Source: Patescibacteria group bacterium
GTDB lineage: Bacteria; Patescibacteriota; Minisyncoccia; UBA6257; GWB1-50-10
Assembly (NCBI GenBank): GCA_030017555.1
Contig: JASEIC010000003.1
Location: forward strand, 1 to 53,556
Length of the DNA: 53,556 nucleotides
Reading direction: 5' to 3'
The notes below the pieces were generated by a model, which was not told the origin of the DNA, made no database searches, and worked only from the letters and a program-made list of their open reading frames with translations. The position numbers and the translations under genes were made by a program. The stretch's first letter is position 1, and each line of letters begins with the position of its first letter. This document shows, piece after piece, positions 9,041 through 18,826 of the stretch.

Positions 9041-9962
9041 CAAGAAAATTTTATTAACGGGTGGAGTCGGCTTCCTGGGAAGTTGTGTCGTGGAGAAATT
9101 GATTAGCAAAGGCGTCAAAGAAGAAAATATAATTATTCCCCGGTCGCGGGAATATGATCTGCGTGACAGATCGGCGTGCGATAAACTTGTTGATGGCGTT
9201 TGTTTGGTCATTCATTGTGCCGCCAAAGTCGGAGGGATCGGATTTAACAAAGAGCATGCCGGAGAAGTTTTTTACGACAACGCCGCCATGGCCCTTAATT
9301 TGATTAATGCCGCGTATCGGGCGGGAGCGGAAAAATTTGTGGGCATTGGGAGCGTTTGCGAATATCCGAAATACGTCCCTATTCCGTTTAAGGAAGAAGA
9401 TTTATGGATTGGTTATCCGGAAGAGATAAACGCCCCGTATGGTTTAGCGAAAAAAATGATGCTTGCGCAGTCGCAGGCGTACCGCAAGGAATACGGTTTC
9501 AATGCCATTCATCTTCTTATAATCAATCTTTATGGCCCGGGTGATAATTTTAACCCTAAATCTTCCCATGTTATTCCGGCTTTAATTAAAAAAGTGTTTG
9601 ATGCGAAAAAAGAAAAAAAGAATTTTATAGAAGTTTGGGGAACCGGAAAAGCAAGCCGTGAGTTTTTGTATGTTGAAGATGCGGCCGAAGGAATAATTTT
9701 AGCAACAGAGAATTATAACAAAGAAGAACCAGTTAATTTAGGTTCGGGTATGGAAATTACAATTAAAGATTTAGTGGAATTAATTTGCCGCTTGATGGAT
9801 TTTAAAGGAGAAATACGGTGGGATGCTTCAAAGCCGGACGGTCAGCCGCGGCGTTGTCTTGATGTGAGCCGGGCCGAAAAAGAGTTTGGTTTTGGGGCTA
9901 AAACTGATTTTAAGGAAGGTTTGAAAAAAACAATTGATTGGTATGTCATGAAAAATAATTAA
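9027..9962 (+). CDS. fcl: GDP-L-fucose synthase family epimerase/reductase (Fcl/ColC)
   Basis: GGVGFLGS, AAKVGGIG, YGLAKK, NLYGPGDNF, SHVIPALI, WGTGKASREFLYV, KPDGQPRR. Confidence 0.9.
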   Translation: MFFNNKKILLTGGVGFLGSCVVEKLISKGVKEENIIIPRSREYDLRDRSACDKLVDGVCLVIHCAAKVGGIGFNKEHAGEVFYDNAAMALNLINAAYRAGAEKFVGIGSVCEYPKYVPIPFKEEDLWIGYPEEINAPYGLAKKMMLAQSQAYRKEYGFNAIHLLIINLYGPGDNFNPKSSHVIPALIKKVFDAKKEKKNFIEVWGTGKASREFLYVEDAAEGIILATENYNKEEPVNLGSGMEITIKDLVELICRLMDFKGEIRWDASKPDGQPRRCLDVSRAEKEFGFGAKTDFKEGLKKTIDWYVMKNN

Positions 9963-9966
9963 TTTT

Positions 9967-10068
9967 ATGAGAAAGACTACGAAAAAAGCTCTTGTTGCTG
10001 GCGCCGGAGGTTTTATTGATTGTTATTTGGTGAGTTTCTTGAAGAAAGACCAAAAAGATTGTAATTGA
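9967..10068 (+). pseudogene. N-terminal remnant of an NAD-dependent sugar epimerase
   Basis: Translates MRKTTKKALVAGAGGFIDCYLVSFLKK... (decayed GxGGFIG Rossmann motif); stops after 33 aa. Confidence 0.7.
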
Positions 10069-10078
10069 AAATTAAAAA

Positions 10079-10840
10079 ATGAAGTTTTTACGATTTGTAA
10101 AGAAAATAATGGAATTTACTAAGAATTATATTTTCCGATTTTTTATATTTTCCGATTTTTTAAAATTTAGAAAAGCAATAGGAGGAAAACGATTTTCTAT
10201 AAAGTGGAAAGATTTTTACCCTCAAATACGTGATAAAACCAGAACTACCAATTTTGACCGACATTATTTATATCACACTGCGTGGGCGGCACGGAAAATA
10301 AAAGAAATTAATCCAAAGTTTCATATTGATATAGCATCAAGTTTATATTTTTGTTCTTTGGTTTCTGCATTTGTCTCGGTTAAATTTTATGATTATAGAC
10401 CGCCAGATTTAGAGCTGTCTAATTTAGAAGTACACCGCGGTGATCTTACGAAGCTTCTTTTTGCGGATAATAGCGTATATAGCATTTCGTGCATGCATAC
10501 TATAGAGCATATTGGACTCGGTAGATACGGAGAATCAATTGATCCAGACGGCGATTTGAAAGCGATAAAAGAATTAAAACGCGTTTTAGTGTCCGATGGT
10601 TCATTGCTTTTTGTTGTGCCAATTGGTGGGGAGTCGAAAATAATGTTCAATGCTCATAGAATTTATAGCTACGATCAGATTGTAGATTATTTTAAAGATT
10701 TTGAGTTGAAGGAATTTTCTCTTATCACGGAATTTGCAAAAAACAGCCTTGGAATTATTATTAATGCAACCAAAAAACAGGCAGAAAAAGAAAGTTATGG
10801 TTGTGGATGCTTTTGGTTTATAAAAAGAAGCAAAGTATGA
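10079..10840 (+). CDS. SAM-dependent methyltransferase-like protein (DUF268-like)
   Basis: SISCMHTIEHIGLGRYG...DPDGDLKAI..L.RVL motif. Confidence 0.7.
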   Translation: MKFLRFVKKIMEFTKNYIFRFFIFSDFLKFRKAIGGKRFSIKWKDFYPQIRDKTRTTNFDRHYLYHTAWAARKIKEINPKFHIDIASSLYFCSLVSAFVSVKFYDYRPPDLELSNLEVHRGDLTKLLFADNSVYSISCMHTIEHIGLGRYGESIDPDGDLKAIKELKRVLVSDGSLLFVVPIGGESKIMFNAHRIYSYDQIVDYFKDFELKEFSLITEFAKNSLGIIINATKKQAEKESYGCGCFWFIKRSKV

Positions 10841-11625
10841 AAAAACGTGTTTCAGTAATTATCCCCACTTATAATTTTTCTCAATATATCGGGGAAGCCA
10901 TTGATTCTGTTTTGAATCAAACATACAAAAATATTGAAATTATTGTTATTGATGACGGCTCTACTGATAATATCCATGTCGTTTTAGGAAAATATATTAA
11001 GAATGGGCAAATAAAATATTTCTATCAGGAGAATAGAGGACCGGGAGTGGCGCGAAATTTGGGTATCAAAAATTCTTTCGGAGATTTTATTGCGTTTTTG
11101 GACGCAGATGATGTTTGGCGTTCGGATAAACTTGAAAAGCAGATGAAGCTTTTCGAAAATCCGAAAGTTGGGTTGGTATATTCTGATATGGAGTTTTTTG
11201 GAAACAATTTTCATTTTAAAAAATATTCAGAAATGACTAAGAGATTTTATCAAGGAGAAGCAATGATGGAGCTTATTAAGAGAAATTTTATACCCGTCTC
11301 ATCTGTTATTCTCCGACGTGGGGTGTTTGATAGAACAGATTATTTTACTGAAGATTTTAAAAATCTTGCCATAATTGAGGATTATGAACTTTGGTTGCGA
11401 GTTGCAAAGATTTTCGAAATAGATTTTATTCCAGATGCGCTTGTGCGATATCGTATTCATGGAGCTCAAATGTCGCACGGCCGCGCAAGAAATTATCGCT
11501 CCCTTGCATTCCTTTATAAAAAACTTCTTAAAGACTCATCTTTTCCGCGAAGTTGTTTTATCATTTATGTTCGTTATTTAGAGAATAAACTGAAATTTTT
11601 TATTGCTTCTCTTTTTAATTTATGA
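10837..11625 (+). CDS. Glycosyltransferase family 2
   Basis: VSVIIPTYN, DDGSTD, ARNLG, FLDADD, EDYELWLR; ATG at 10837. Confidence 0.9.
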   Translation: MKKRVSVIIPTYNFSQYIGEAIDSVLNQTYKNIEIIVIDDGSTDNIHVVLGKYIKNGQIKYFYQENRGPGVARNLGIKNSFGDFIAFLDADDVWRSDKLEKQMKLFENPKVGLVYSDMEFFGNNFHFKKYSEMTKRFYQGEAMMELIKRNFIPVSSVILRRGVFDRTDYFTEDFKNLAIIEDYELWLRVAKIFEIDFIPDALVRYRIHGAQMSHGRARNYRSLAFLYKKLLKDSSFPRSCFIIYVRYLENKLKFFIASLFNL

Positions 11626-12707
11626 AAATCCTTTATATCGCGATGAAATATGATTATGGTGATTTGACGCGGGGATTTGGTTTTGAACATTATAATTTTT
11701 ATGATTCGCTCGTTAAAATGAACGACAGTCGGTATCAAATAATTTATTTCCCTTTTGATGAAATAATAAGTAAGAAAGGACGGCAAGAAATGAATAGGGA
11801 ATTATTAGAAACGGTTTGGCGAGAAAAGCCAAATCTTTGTTTTTTTTTTCTTTTTACCGATGAAATTAAAAAGGAAGTTATCAAAGAAATTTCAGAGAAA
11901 AGTGGTTCTATAACTTTTAATTGGTTTGCTGATGACCACTGGCGTTTTGATATTTTTTCAAAATATTGGGCGCCATTGTTTCATTGGATTTCTACGACGG
12001 ATTCTCGTGCTCCGGAGAAATACAAAAAAATAGGATATGAGAATGTAATTAAAACGCAGTGGGCCTGTAATCAATTTTTATATAAGCCGCCAGCGAATTT
12101 TAATTTTGAGAAACCAGAATATAAATACGACGTTACTTTTATCGGTCAACCGCACGGTAATCGAAAGCGGATTGTAAATTATGTCAAAGGAGCCGGAACT
12201 GATATTCAGTGTTGGGGGAACGGTTGGCCTAATGGTAGAATTTTGCAGGAAAAAATGATTGAAGTATTTAACACCAGTAAAATAAATCTAAATTTTACAA
12301 AATCGTCTGGTCGTTTCCTGAGTATAAAAGAAATTGCCAAGATTTTTTTAAATAGACGTGCAGACGGATCTTTATATTTGCGCCACCCACTTAGCTGGTA
12401 TGACAATTTAAAATCATTATGGCATAAACAAAGAGAGATGATCAAGGGAAGAAATTTTGAGATTCCCGGATGTGGCGGATTCTTTCTAACTACGAATGCC
12501 GACAACCTTCAAGATTACTATGAAGACGGCAAGGAAATGGTTCTTTTTAAAGACGCCAACGATTTAATTGATAAAATAAAGTACTATCTAGGAAATGAGG
12601 AAAAAATAAAAAGAATCGCTAAAGCTGGTTATAGGAGAACTCTCAAAGACCATACTTATGAATGGAGATTTAACGAGATTTTTAAAAAAATAGGACTAAT
12701 AAAATGA
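11622..12707 (+). CDS. CgeB/Glyco_trans_1_2-like glycosyltransferase
   Basis: WFADDHW, YDVTFIG, SKINLNF, KGRNFEIPGCGG, HTYEWR. Confidence 0.75.
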   Translation: MKILYIAMKYDYGDLTRGFGFEHYNFYDSLVKMNDSRYQIIYFPFDEIISKKGRQEMNRELLETVWREKPNLCFFFLFTDEIKKEVIKEISEKSGSITFNWFADDHWRFDIFSKYWAPLFHWISTTDSRAPEKYKKIGYENVIKTQWACNQFLYKPPANFNFEKPEYKYDVTFIGQPHGNRKRIVNYVKGAGTDIQCWGNGWPNGRILQEKMIEVFNTSKINLNFTKSSGRFLSIKEIAKIFLNRRADGSLYLRHPLSWYDNLKSLWHKQREMIKGRNFEIPGCGGFFLTTNADNLQDYYEDGKEMVLFKDANDLIDKIKYYLGNEEKIKRIAKAGYRRTLKDHTYEWRFNEIFKKIGLIK

Positions 12708-13840
12708 AGATACTTTTTACAGTTGAATTTTATGAGCCACATAAGGGAGGGGCGGAAGAAGCAGTGAAACAAATTTCCGAAAGATTAATTTTAAAAGGTC
12801 ATGAAGTAACCATTGCCACAAGTTTTATATCCCAAAGGCGATTCTCTGAACTGAACGGTATTAAAATAGAGAGTTTTAAAATTTTTGGTAATTTAGTAAA
12901 TGGTATTTATGGCAGCAATAAAGAAATAAAAAAATATCAAATGCTCTTGCTTAGAAATTTCGACGTAATAATCAACTACGCCACTCAAATTTGGACAACG
13001 GATTTAACCTTTAATTTTCTTGATAAAATTCCCGCCAAAAAGATACTTATTCCCTGCGGATATTCTGGATTGAAAAACTCAAAATACAGAGAGTATTTTT
13101 ATAATCTTCCGAGATTTCTCAAAAAATATGATTCCTTGGTGTATATGTCGCCCAGTTATCAGGATAAGATTTTTGGCGATCAAAATGGAGTAGGAGAAAA
13201 AGCGGTGATAATACCTAATGGAGCATCCGAAGAGGAATTTTTAAAAGAGGATACTTTTAATATTAGGGGAAAACTTGATATAAAGACTAAATATCTTCTT
13301 ATTTCCGTTTCAAATCATTATAAAACAAAAGGACACGCGTTTATCATTAACGCTTTTAGAAAAACAAAAAGAAAAGATACAACTCTTCTTATCATCGGAG
13401 AAAAATTTGTCTCTTTTGGGATAAAGAAAATAGCTCATTTTCTTTTGGATTATTGTCATTGTGCGCTTTATTCGTTGATAGACAAAAATGTAAGATTTTC
13501 CGAAGGGAATGATCGAGAACTTGTTTTATCCGCTTATAAAAGCGCCGATCTTTTTCTTTTTGGGTCTGAAATTGAATGTGCTCCACTCGTGATGTATGAA
13601 TCTTTTGCAAGCAAAACCATTTTTATAACCACAAATGTTGGTAATATAAGCGATTATATCGGATATCTAAAAATAGTTTCTTCTCCAAGTGAAATGTCTA
13701 ATGTTGTAAATATTTTTTTAAACGACAGGGAAAAGAGGGAAAAATTAACAGAGAAAGCCTTTCGATTATGGAAAGAAAAATATACATGGCAGAAAATTAC
13801 AGAGCTTTATGAAAAACTTTTTGCCTCGTTTGTGCGGTAA
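12704..13840 (+). CDS. Glycosyltransferase family 4
   Basis: PHKGGAE, IPNG, ADLFLFGSEIECAPLVMYES (EX7E). Confidence 0.85.
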   Translation: MKILFTVEFYEPHKGGAEEAVKQISERLILKGHEVTIATSFISQRRFSELNGIKIESFKIFGNLVNGIYGSNKEIKKYQMLLLRNFDVIINYATQIWTTDLTFNFLDKIPAKKILIPCGYSGLKNSKYREYFYNLPRFLKKYDSLVYMSPSYQDKIFGDQNGVGEKAVIIPNGASEEEFLKEDTFNIRGKLDIKTKYLLISVSNHYKTKGHAFIINAFRKTKRKDTTLLIIGEKFVSFGIKKIAHFLLDYCHCALYSLIDKNVRFSEGNDRELVLSAYKSADLFLFGSEIECAPLVMYESFASKTIFITTNVGNISDYIGYLKIVSSPSEMSNVVNIFLNDREKREKLTEKAFRLWKEKYTWQKITELYEKLFASFVR

Positions 13841-15141
13841 AGATCATAAATTGCAAGAATTGTCATAATAAACCACAGGGTTTTCGCTTGGAAGAAACTA
13901 TTTAAGAATATAAGAATGAAAACTCCTATAAATGCCATAAGAGATCCGATAAGAAGGGTATTGGACGGCGCGCGAAGAATGTCTTTAATTGTATTCGAAA
14001 AAATAATGTAGAGGAGATAAACAAATATGATAATTGCACCCCATCCGCCCCAGGCGCCCACTTGTAAAATTGTGTTATGCTCTGCTTTTTCGTATAAAAA
14101 CGTGTTTTTTTTAAAAAAAATAGCGGGTCCGAATTGACCAAATGGATGTGTTGCTACGAAGAGTATATATTTAGGCCAAAGTGCTTGGCGGTCTTGAGCA
14201 TGTAATAAATCTATATGAGAGGAAAAGATGTTTTTAACAATATATGGAGAGAGAACAAGAACGTTTGTTTGTTGAATATCGTAAGTAAGTTGTGGGTAAA
14301 AACGTTTAAAAATAAAAATTTGAGCTTGTGAGGGTAGAATCAATAATCCTAAGATAGGAATAGAAATAAAGAGTGTGAGAAGTTTGATAAAAGTGATTTC
14401 TCGGCGCCATTTAGCGAAAAATCCGCTTATGAGGATAATAAGAAGCGCTGCGAGGATTGTTCCTCGTGAATTCGTCCACCAAATAAGTCCCATCATAGCA
14501 ACGAGTAGTGGGAATATTACAAAAAAGCGTTTAAGAGAATTAATTTTCGTAAATATAAAAGGCGTTATAATTCCAATGGCTGTGATGAGCCATAATCCTA
14601 AACTGCTTTGATTGTGTTGAAATGCTTGGAGCGCGTAGCCGCTAAAAAAATCAAAAGAAAACCATAAACGTGCGGCATCGATGTTTCTCGCAAAAAAAAT
14701 GATCGGTGTAATAAGTAATGGAACAAGTAGGGCGCCTATTATCCAATAAAGGGAAGATAATTCACGACTGGCATGGAAAAGGATAGCGATAGAGAAAATC
14801 ATTAAGAAAATGACGCGTAATAAGTCTTTATAATAATGAATTGTAATCGTTTCTGTCGTAGCGACGAAGAAAGCTATATTTATGGCAAAAAATATGAGTA
14901 GAAGAAAAAAGAGTATCGTATAAAAACTGATTTTCCTTTCCTTTTCTTTAGATAAGGAAGGAGAAGAGAATGACTGGATCGCGATTCCGGTTATGGCGAT
15001 AATGGCGAAAAAATAAAAGAACTGCGGGAATAAAATTCCATCAATGCGGATTTCTTGTATAATAAAGAAAGAGCTTGCAACCGCTAGCGCAAGATTTAAG
15101 TTTATAATTATATTTAAAAAACTATGCCACGAGAATTTCAT
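13807..15141 (-). CDS. O-antigen polymerase/ligase-like (Wzy) membrane protein
   Basis: About 11 TM helices; SRG, HP.G.G and EHNTIL motifs; inside glycan locus. Confidence 0.65.
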   Translation of the reverse strand: MKFSWHSFLNIIINLNLALAVASSFFIIQEIRIDGILFPQFFYFFAIIAITGIAIQSFSSPSLSKEKERKISFYTILFFLLLIFFAINIAFFVATTETITIHYYKDLLRVIFLMIFSIAILFHASRELSSLYWIIGALLVPLLITPIIFFARNIDAARLWFSFDFFSGYALQAFQHNQSSLGLWLITAIGIITPFIFTKINSLKRFFVIFPLLVAMMGLIWWTNSRGTILAALLIILISGFFAKWRREITFIKLLTLFISIPILGLLILPSQAQIFIFKRFYPQLTYDIQQTNVLVLSPYIVKNIFSSHIDLLHAQDRQALWPKYILFVATHPFGQFGPAIFFKKNTFLYEKAEHNTILQVGAWGGWGAIIIFVYLLYIIFSNTIKDILRAPSNTLLIGSLMAFIGVFILIFLNSFFQAKTLWFIMTILAIYDLYRTNEAKSFS

Positions 15142-15954
15142 ATAAAAGTCAGTGTTATTTTACCTACCTACAATGGGTCGTATTTTATCGCACGTGCTTT
15201 GCAAAGCATTATAACACAAAGCATGCGCGAATTAGAAATTATCGTTATTGATGATGGATCGACTGATGGGACCGCAGAAATAGTAAAAAGGTTTGGCGCA
15301 ACGGATAGCCGCGTGAGATATTTTAAAAACGAGCGCAATCTCGGCATCCAAAAATCATTGAACCGTGGTCTCCGCGAGGCGGCGGGGAAGTATATCGCGC
15401 GGATTGACGACGACGACGAGTGGATGGATAAAGAAAAACTCCAAAAACAGGTGGATTTTTTGGATAGGAATACCGACTATGTGCTTGTGGGGACTGGTGC
15501 TGTTTTTACGGACGAGGAAGGGCGGGAACTTTTTAGATTCGTTGGGTCTAAGACCAATTTGGCAATACGAAAAACAATGCTCTCTAAAAACTGTTTTATT
15601 CATTCAAGCGTGCTCTTCAGGAGAGATTTGGTCATGCGTTTTGGTGGGTATGATGAAAGCGAAGAAATGAAGCATGTTGAGGATTATAATTTATGGCTGA
15701 AGCTTGGTTCTGTTGGGAAATTAGCAAATTTGCCGATTTACGGAGTTAAATTCCGTGTTCGTAAGACAAGCTTGAGCTGGAAAAATAAAAAAGAGCAGTT
15801 TAAAAAAGATTTAAAACTCTCAAAACAATTTAGGAAGATCTACCCCGGATATATAAAGGGGATTTTGATAGGATATGCAAGAATATTTTTCTATAACTTT
15901 TTTTATTTACTTCCGTTCAAAAGTTTTATTTTAAGATTATATAAGTTGTTTTGA
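15124..15954 (+). CDS. Glycosyltransferase family 2
   Basis: VSVILPTYN, DDGSTD, YIARIDDDD, EDYNLWL. Confidence 0.9.
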   Translation: MPREFHIKVSVILPTYNGSYFIARALQSIITQSMRELEIIVIDDGSTDGTAEIVKRFGATDSRVRYFKNERNLGIQKSLNRGLREAAGKYIARIDDDDEWMDKEKLQKQVDFLDRNTDYVLVGTGAVFTDEEGRELFRFVGSKTNLAIRKTMLSKNCFIHSSVLFRRDLVMRFGGYDESEEMKHVEDYNLWLKLGSVGKLANLPIYGVKFRVRKTSLSWKNKKEQFKKDLKLSKQFRKIYPGYIKGILIGYARIFFYNFFYLLPFKSFILRLYKLF

Positions 15955-17400
15955 TTTCAAGCCGATTATTTCAAGAAACGGTTCTTTTAATAAGAAAAGC
16001 ATCGCGCCGTAAACTGTTATTGAGAAAATAATATTCAAGATAACATTTATGTGGAGGAAAAATAAGATTAAGGTTACGAATCCCATAATAAGACTCGCGA
16101 TTAAGATTTTAGATAGAAAAGGCAGAATTTTGAAATCATTAATTTGCTTCATTTTATGCCAATTATAGCCATTGGCGAACAGCAGTGAAATAATTGTTGC
16201 GACAGCTGATCCGGCGATGCCATAGATCGGGATAAGAATAAGGTCTAACGCAATATTGCTTAAGGCGCCGAATAAGGTTGAGGTAATAAAAATTTTTTGC
16301 CGGTCATAGGCAAAAATCGTGTTGCCGATTATAGTGCCCGGAAAAACAAGAAGAGTTGTTATAAGCAAGAGCTGGAAGGTTAACGTAGCGTCAACATATT
16401 TGACGCCAAAGATAAGACTGATTAGCGGTTTTCCTAAAATTATTCCGCCTAATGTAATTGGAATGGCTAAGCCAATAACCGATGTTAAAGATTTTTCAAG
16501 AATTTTTTTTATCCGTTCGTAATTTTTATTTTTGATTAACTCATTTGTAAGCGGAAACAAACTAATACTAAGCAATGCGGGGATGGCATAAAGAAGCATA
16601 ACCGGCCTTTGAGCGGCGGCGTAGAGTCCTAATTCATGGGCGCTTCTGAACCAGCCAATGATTAGGGTGTCAATATTTATCATAAAGCCGCCAAGAAGAC
16701 CCATAATGGCAAATGGCCATGCCGAAGTTAATATCGGTTTTATGAGCGATTTTTGGAAGTGTTTAAAAATATCTTTGAAATGATGGCGGAGGATAATTAC
16801 TACTAACATAAAACCAATGGCCGAGCCGGCAATATAAGCGATTGTTAAAGAAAAAGCAGTGGGACGCATTATTAAACTTAAAAATCCTAAGGCGGCGACG
16901 GCAAGATTTGTTAAAATAAGAAGAATTGCTTCAAGTTCCATGCGACTTTGGGCGCGGATTAAAGCAAAACCAAAATTAGAAAGACTGTCAAAAGCAAGCA
17001 AAAGCGCTACTAAAGGAATGAGTGTTTTTGCGGCTTCCAGGCGAATGAAATTCGGGGCAATAAAAATTGTGATAAGTATTGTAAGAACAACAAGACCAAG
17101 TTTGATTAAAAAGGTTGTTGAAAAATATTCGGCTATTTTCTCTGGTTTTTTTATTGATTCTCTGGTGAGTAGACCGGAAAGGCCGATATCGGAAAAAATA
17201 GTAAAAAACGCGGCAAGACTTAAGGCATAAGAAAAAACTCCGTAACCTTCCGTGCCTAAGATACGCGCCGCATAGATTATTAAGGTGGCCCGAATTAAGC
17301 GGCTGGTAATATTTCCGAACGCCAACCAAAAGCTGTTTTTTATAACTGTTTGTTTTTCACTCTTATTTTTAAATAAGTAATCTTTAATGATTTTTAACAT
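15937..17400 (-). CDS. wzx: Wzx-type oligosaccharide flippase
   Basis: KNSFWL, ARILG.EGYG, DIGL, ID...IG, GLYAAA; about 14 TM. Confidence 0.85.
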   Translation of the reverse strand: MLKIIKDYLFKNKSEKQTVIKNSFWLAFGNITSRLIRATLIIYAARILGTEGYGVFSYALSLAAFFTIFSDIGLSGLLTRESIKKPEKIAEYFSTTFLIKLGLVVLTILITIFIAPNFIRLEAAKTLIPLVALLLAFDSLSNFGFALIRAQSRMELEAILLILTNLAVAALGFLSLIMRPTAFSLTIAYIAGSAIGFMLVVIILRHHFKDIFKHFQKSLIKPILTSAWPFAIMGLLGGFMINIDTLIIGWFRSAHELGLYAAAQRPVMLLYAIPALLSISLFPLTNELIKNKNYERIKKILEKSLTSVIGLAIPITLGGIILGKPLISLIFGVKYVDATLTFQLLLITTLLVFPGTIIGNTIFAYDRQKIFITSTLFGALSNIALDLILIPIYGIAGSAVATIISLLFANGYNWHKMKQINDFKILPFLSKILIASLIMGFVTLILFFLHINVILNIIFSITVYGAMLFLLKEPFLEIIGLKSKQLI

Positions 17401-17421
17401 TTAAAATTTTGTTAGCGGATT

Positions 17422-18756
17422 TTATTTCGGAGTGATAAAAAAAGTTTTAATGGTTTTTAAGATAATTAAAAGGTCAAGTATGATTGAACGATTCTTGATA
17501 TAAAAAATATCGTATTGAAGTTTTTCGTAAGCGTCTTCAATTGAAGAGCCGTAGTGATAATTTATTTGTGCCCAACCGGTAAGACCCGGCCTTACAATAT
17601 GACGTATATCATAAAAGGGTATTTTTTCTCTTAATTCTCTTACGAATTCCGGCCGTTCCGGCCGGGGTCCTACAAAAGAAATGTCGCCCTTAAAAAGGTT
17701 GAATAATTGGGGCAGTTCATCGAGATGGCTTGAGCGAAGAATTTTGCCGATTGGCGTAATACGCTCATCATTTGGTTGCGACCATTCAGGACCGTTTTTT
17801 TCGGCATTGATTCTCATTGTTCTAAATTTATAAAGAGTAAATATTTTTTCTTTCCTGCCAGCCCTTATTTGTTTGTAAATAGCCGGTCCGGGTGATGTTA
17901 ATTTAATCAAAAGATAAATTATTATAAGAAATGGCGCGAAAATTACAGTAAGAAAAAAGGCAATAAAAGTTTCTTCTATTTTTTTAATGCTTTCATAAAA
18001 CATTCTTTTTCGGGCAACATTTTCCAAAAACCACATTTCTTCGAGTTCGGTTAGCGGCGTTTTGCTAAATATTTGTTCGTAAAAAGTTAAAGTATCTAAA
18101 ATTTCTATTCCTTTAGTAAGTTGGTCGAAAATTACTTTTGCCGCTTCCTGGTTCTTTTTTATGTGCGGCGCAATCACAAGAGTCGATATTTGGTCTTTTC
18201 TGATGATTTCCGGAAGCGAAAGCCAAAGAGGATCATCAATACCGTTTTTGAGAATTAATTTTATATTTAAACCAAGCTGCGGGTTGGTTTTTAGATATTG
18301 AGCCACTTTTTCTATATCGGGCGTTGAGCCGATAACAAGGACGTTTTGGAGTCTTGTGTTTTTAACCAGTCTGTTGAAAAAGTAGCGCCAAACAATAAGT
18401 AAGGATGTGGAAATAACGGCAAAAAGCAAAAGATTGGTGCGCGGAGAAACTCCGAAAAATGGGAATAAATAGAAAAAAGCAAAAGCGATTAAGAGATTAA
18501 TGCTTTGGGCCGTGGAAAGTATTTTGAAAAAAGCCGGTTCGTTTTTTAAATGCTTCAAGTCATAAAGACCGCTGATATAAAAAGCGATTATTGAAACCAC
18601 AAAAATTATTGAAAAAGGAACGAGGTGTTGGTTCAATAAATATCGGGAAAAGCCGGTTTGGTAGCGCAAAACAAGCGTTAAAATAAGCGCTATGTAAAAG
18701 ACAATTACATCGCTCAAAAGAAGAAAAAGGGCTTTTGATTTTGCTTGACCGAACAT
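17422..18756 (-). CDS. Priming polyprenyl-phosphate sugar phosphotransferase (WcaJ/WbaP family)
   Basis: YKFRTM, LRSSHLDELPQL, SFVGPRPERP, RPGLTGWAQIN, KLQYDIFY. Confidence 0.92.
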   Translation of the reverse strand: MFGQAKSKALFLLLSDVIVFYIALILTLVLRYQTGFSRYLLNQHLVPFSIIFVVSIIAFYISGLYDLKHLKNEPAFFKILSTAQSINLLIAFAFFYLFPFFGVSPRTNLLLFAVISTSLLIVWRYFFNRLVKNTRLQNVLVIGSTPDIEKVAQYLKTNPQLGLNIKLILKNGIDDPLWLSLPEIIRKDQISTLVIAPHIKKNQEAAKVIFDQLTKGIEILDTLTFYEQIFSKTPLTELEEMWFLENVARKRMFYESIKKIEETFIAFFLTVIFAPFLIIIYLLIKLTSPGPAIYKQIRAGRKEKIFTLYKFRTMRINAEKNGPEWSQPNDERITPIGKILRSSHLDELPQLFNLFKGDISFVGPRPERPEFVRELREKIPFYDIRHIVRPGLTGWAQINYHYGSSIEDAYEKLQYDIFYIKNRSIILDLLIILKTIKTFFITPK

Positions 18757-18826
18757 TTGACTTTATCCTAGAGAGAATATAACATTTTATTAACAAATTC
18801 GCGAGGTCGTAAGAATATTTATTTTT

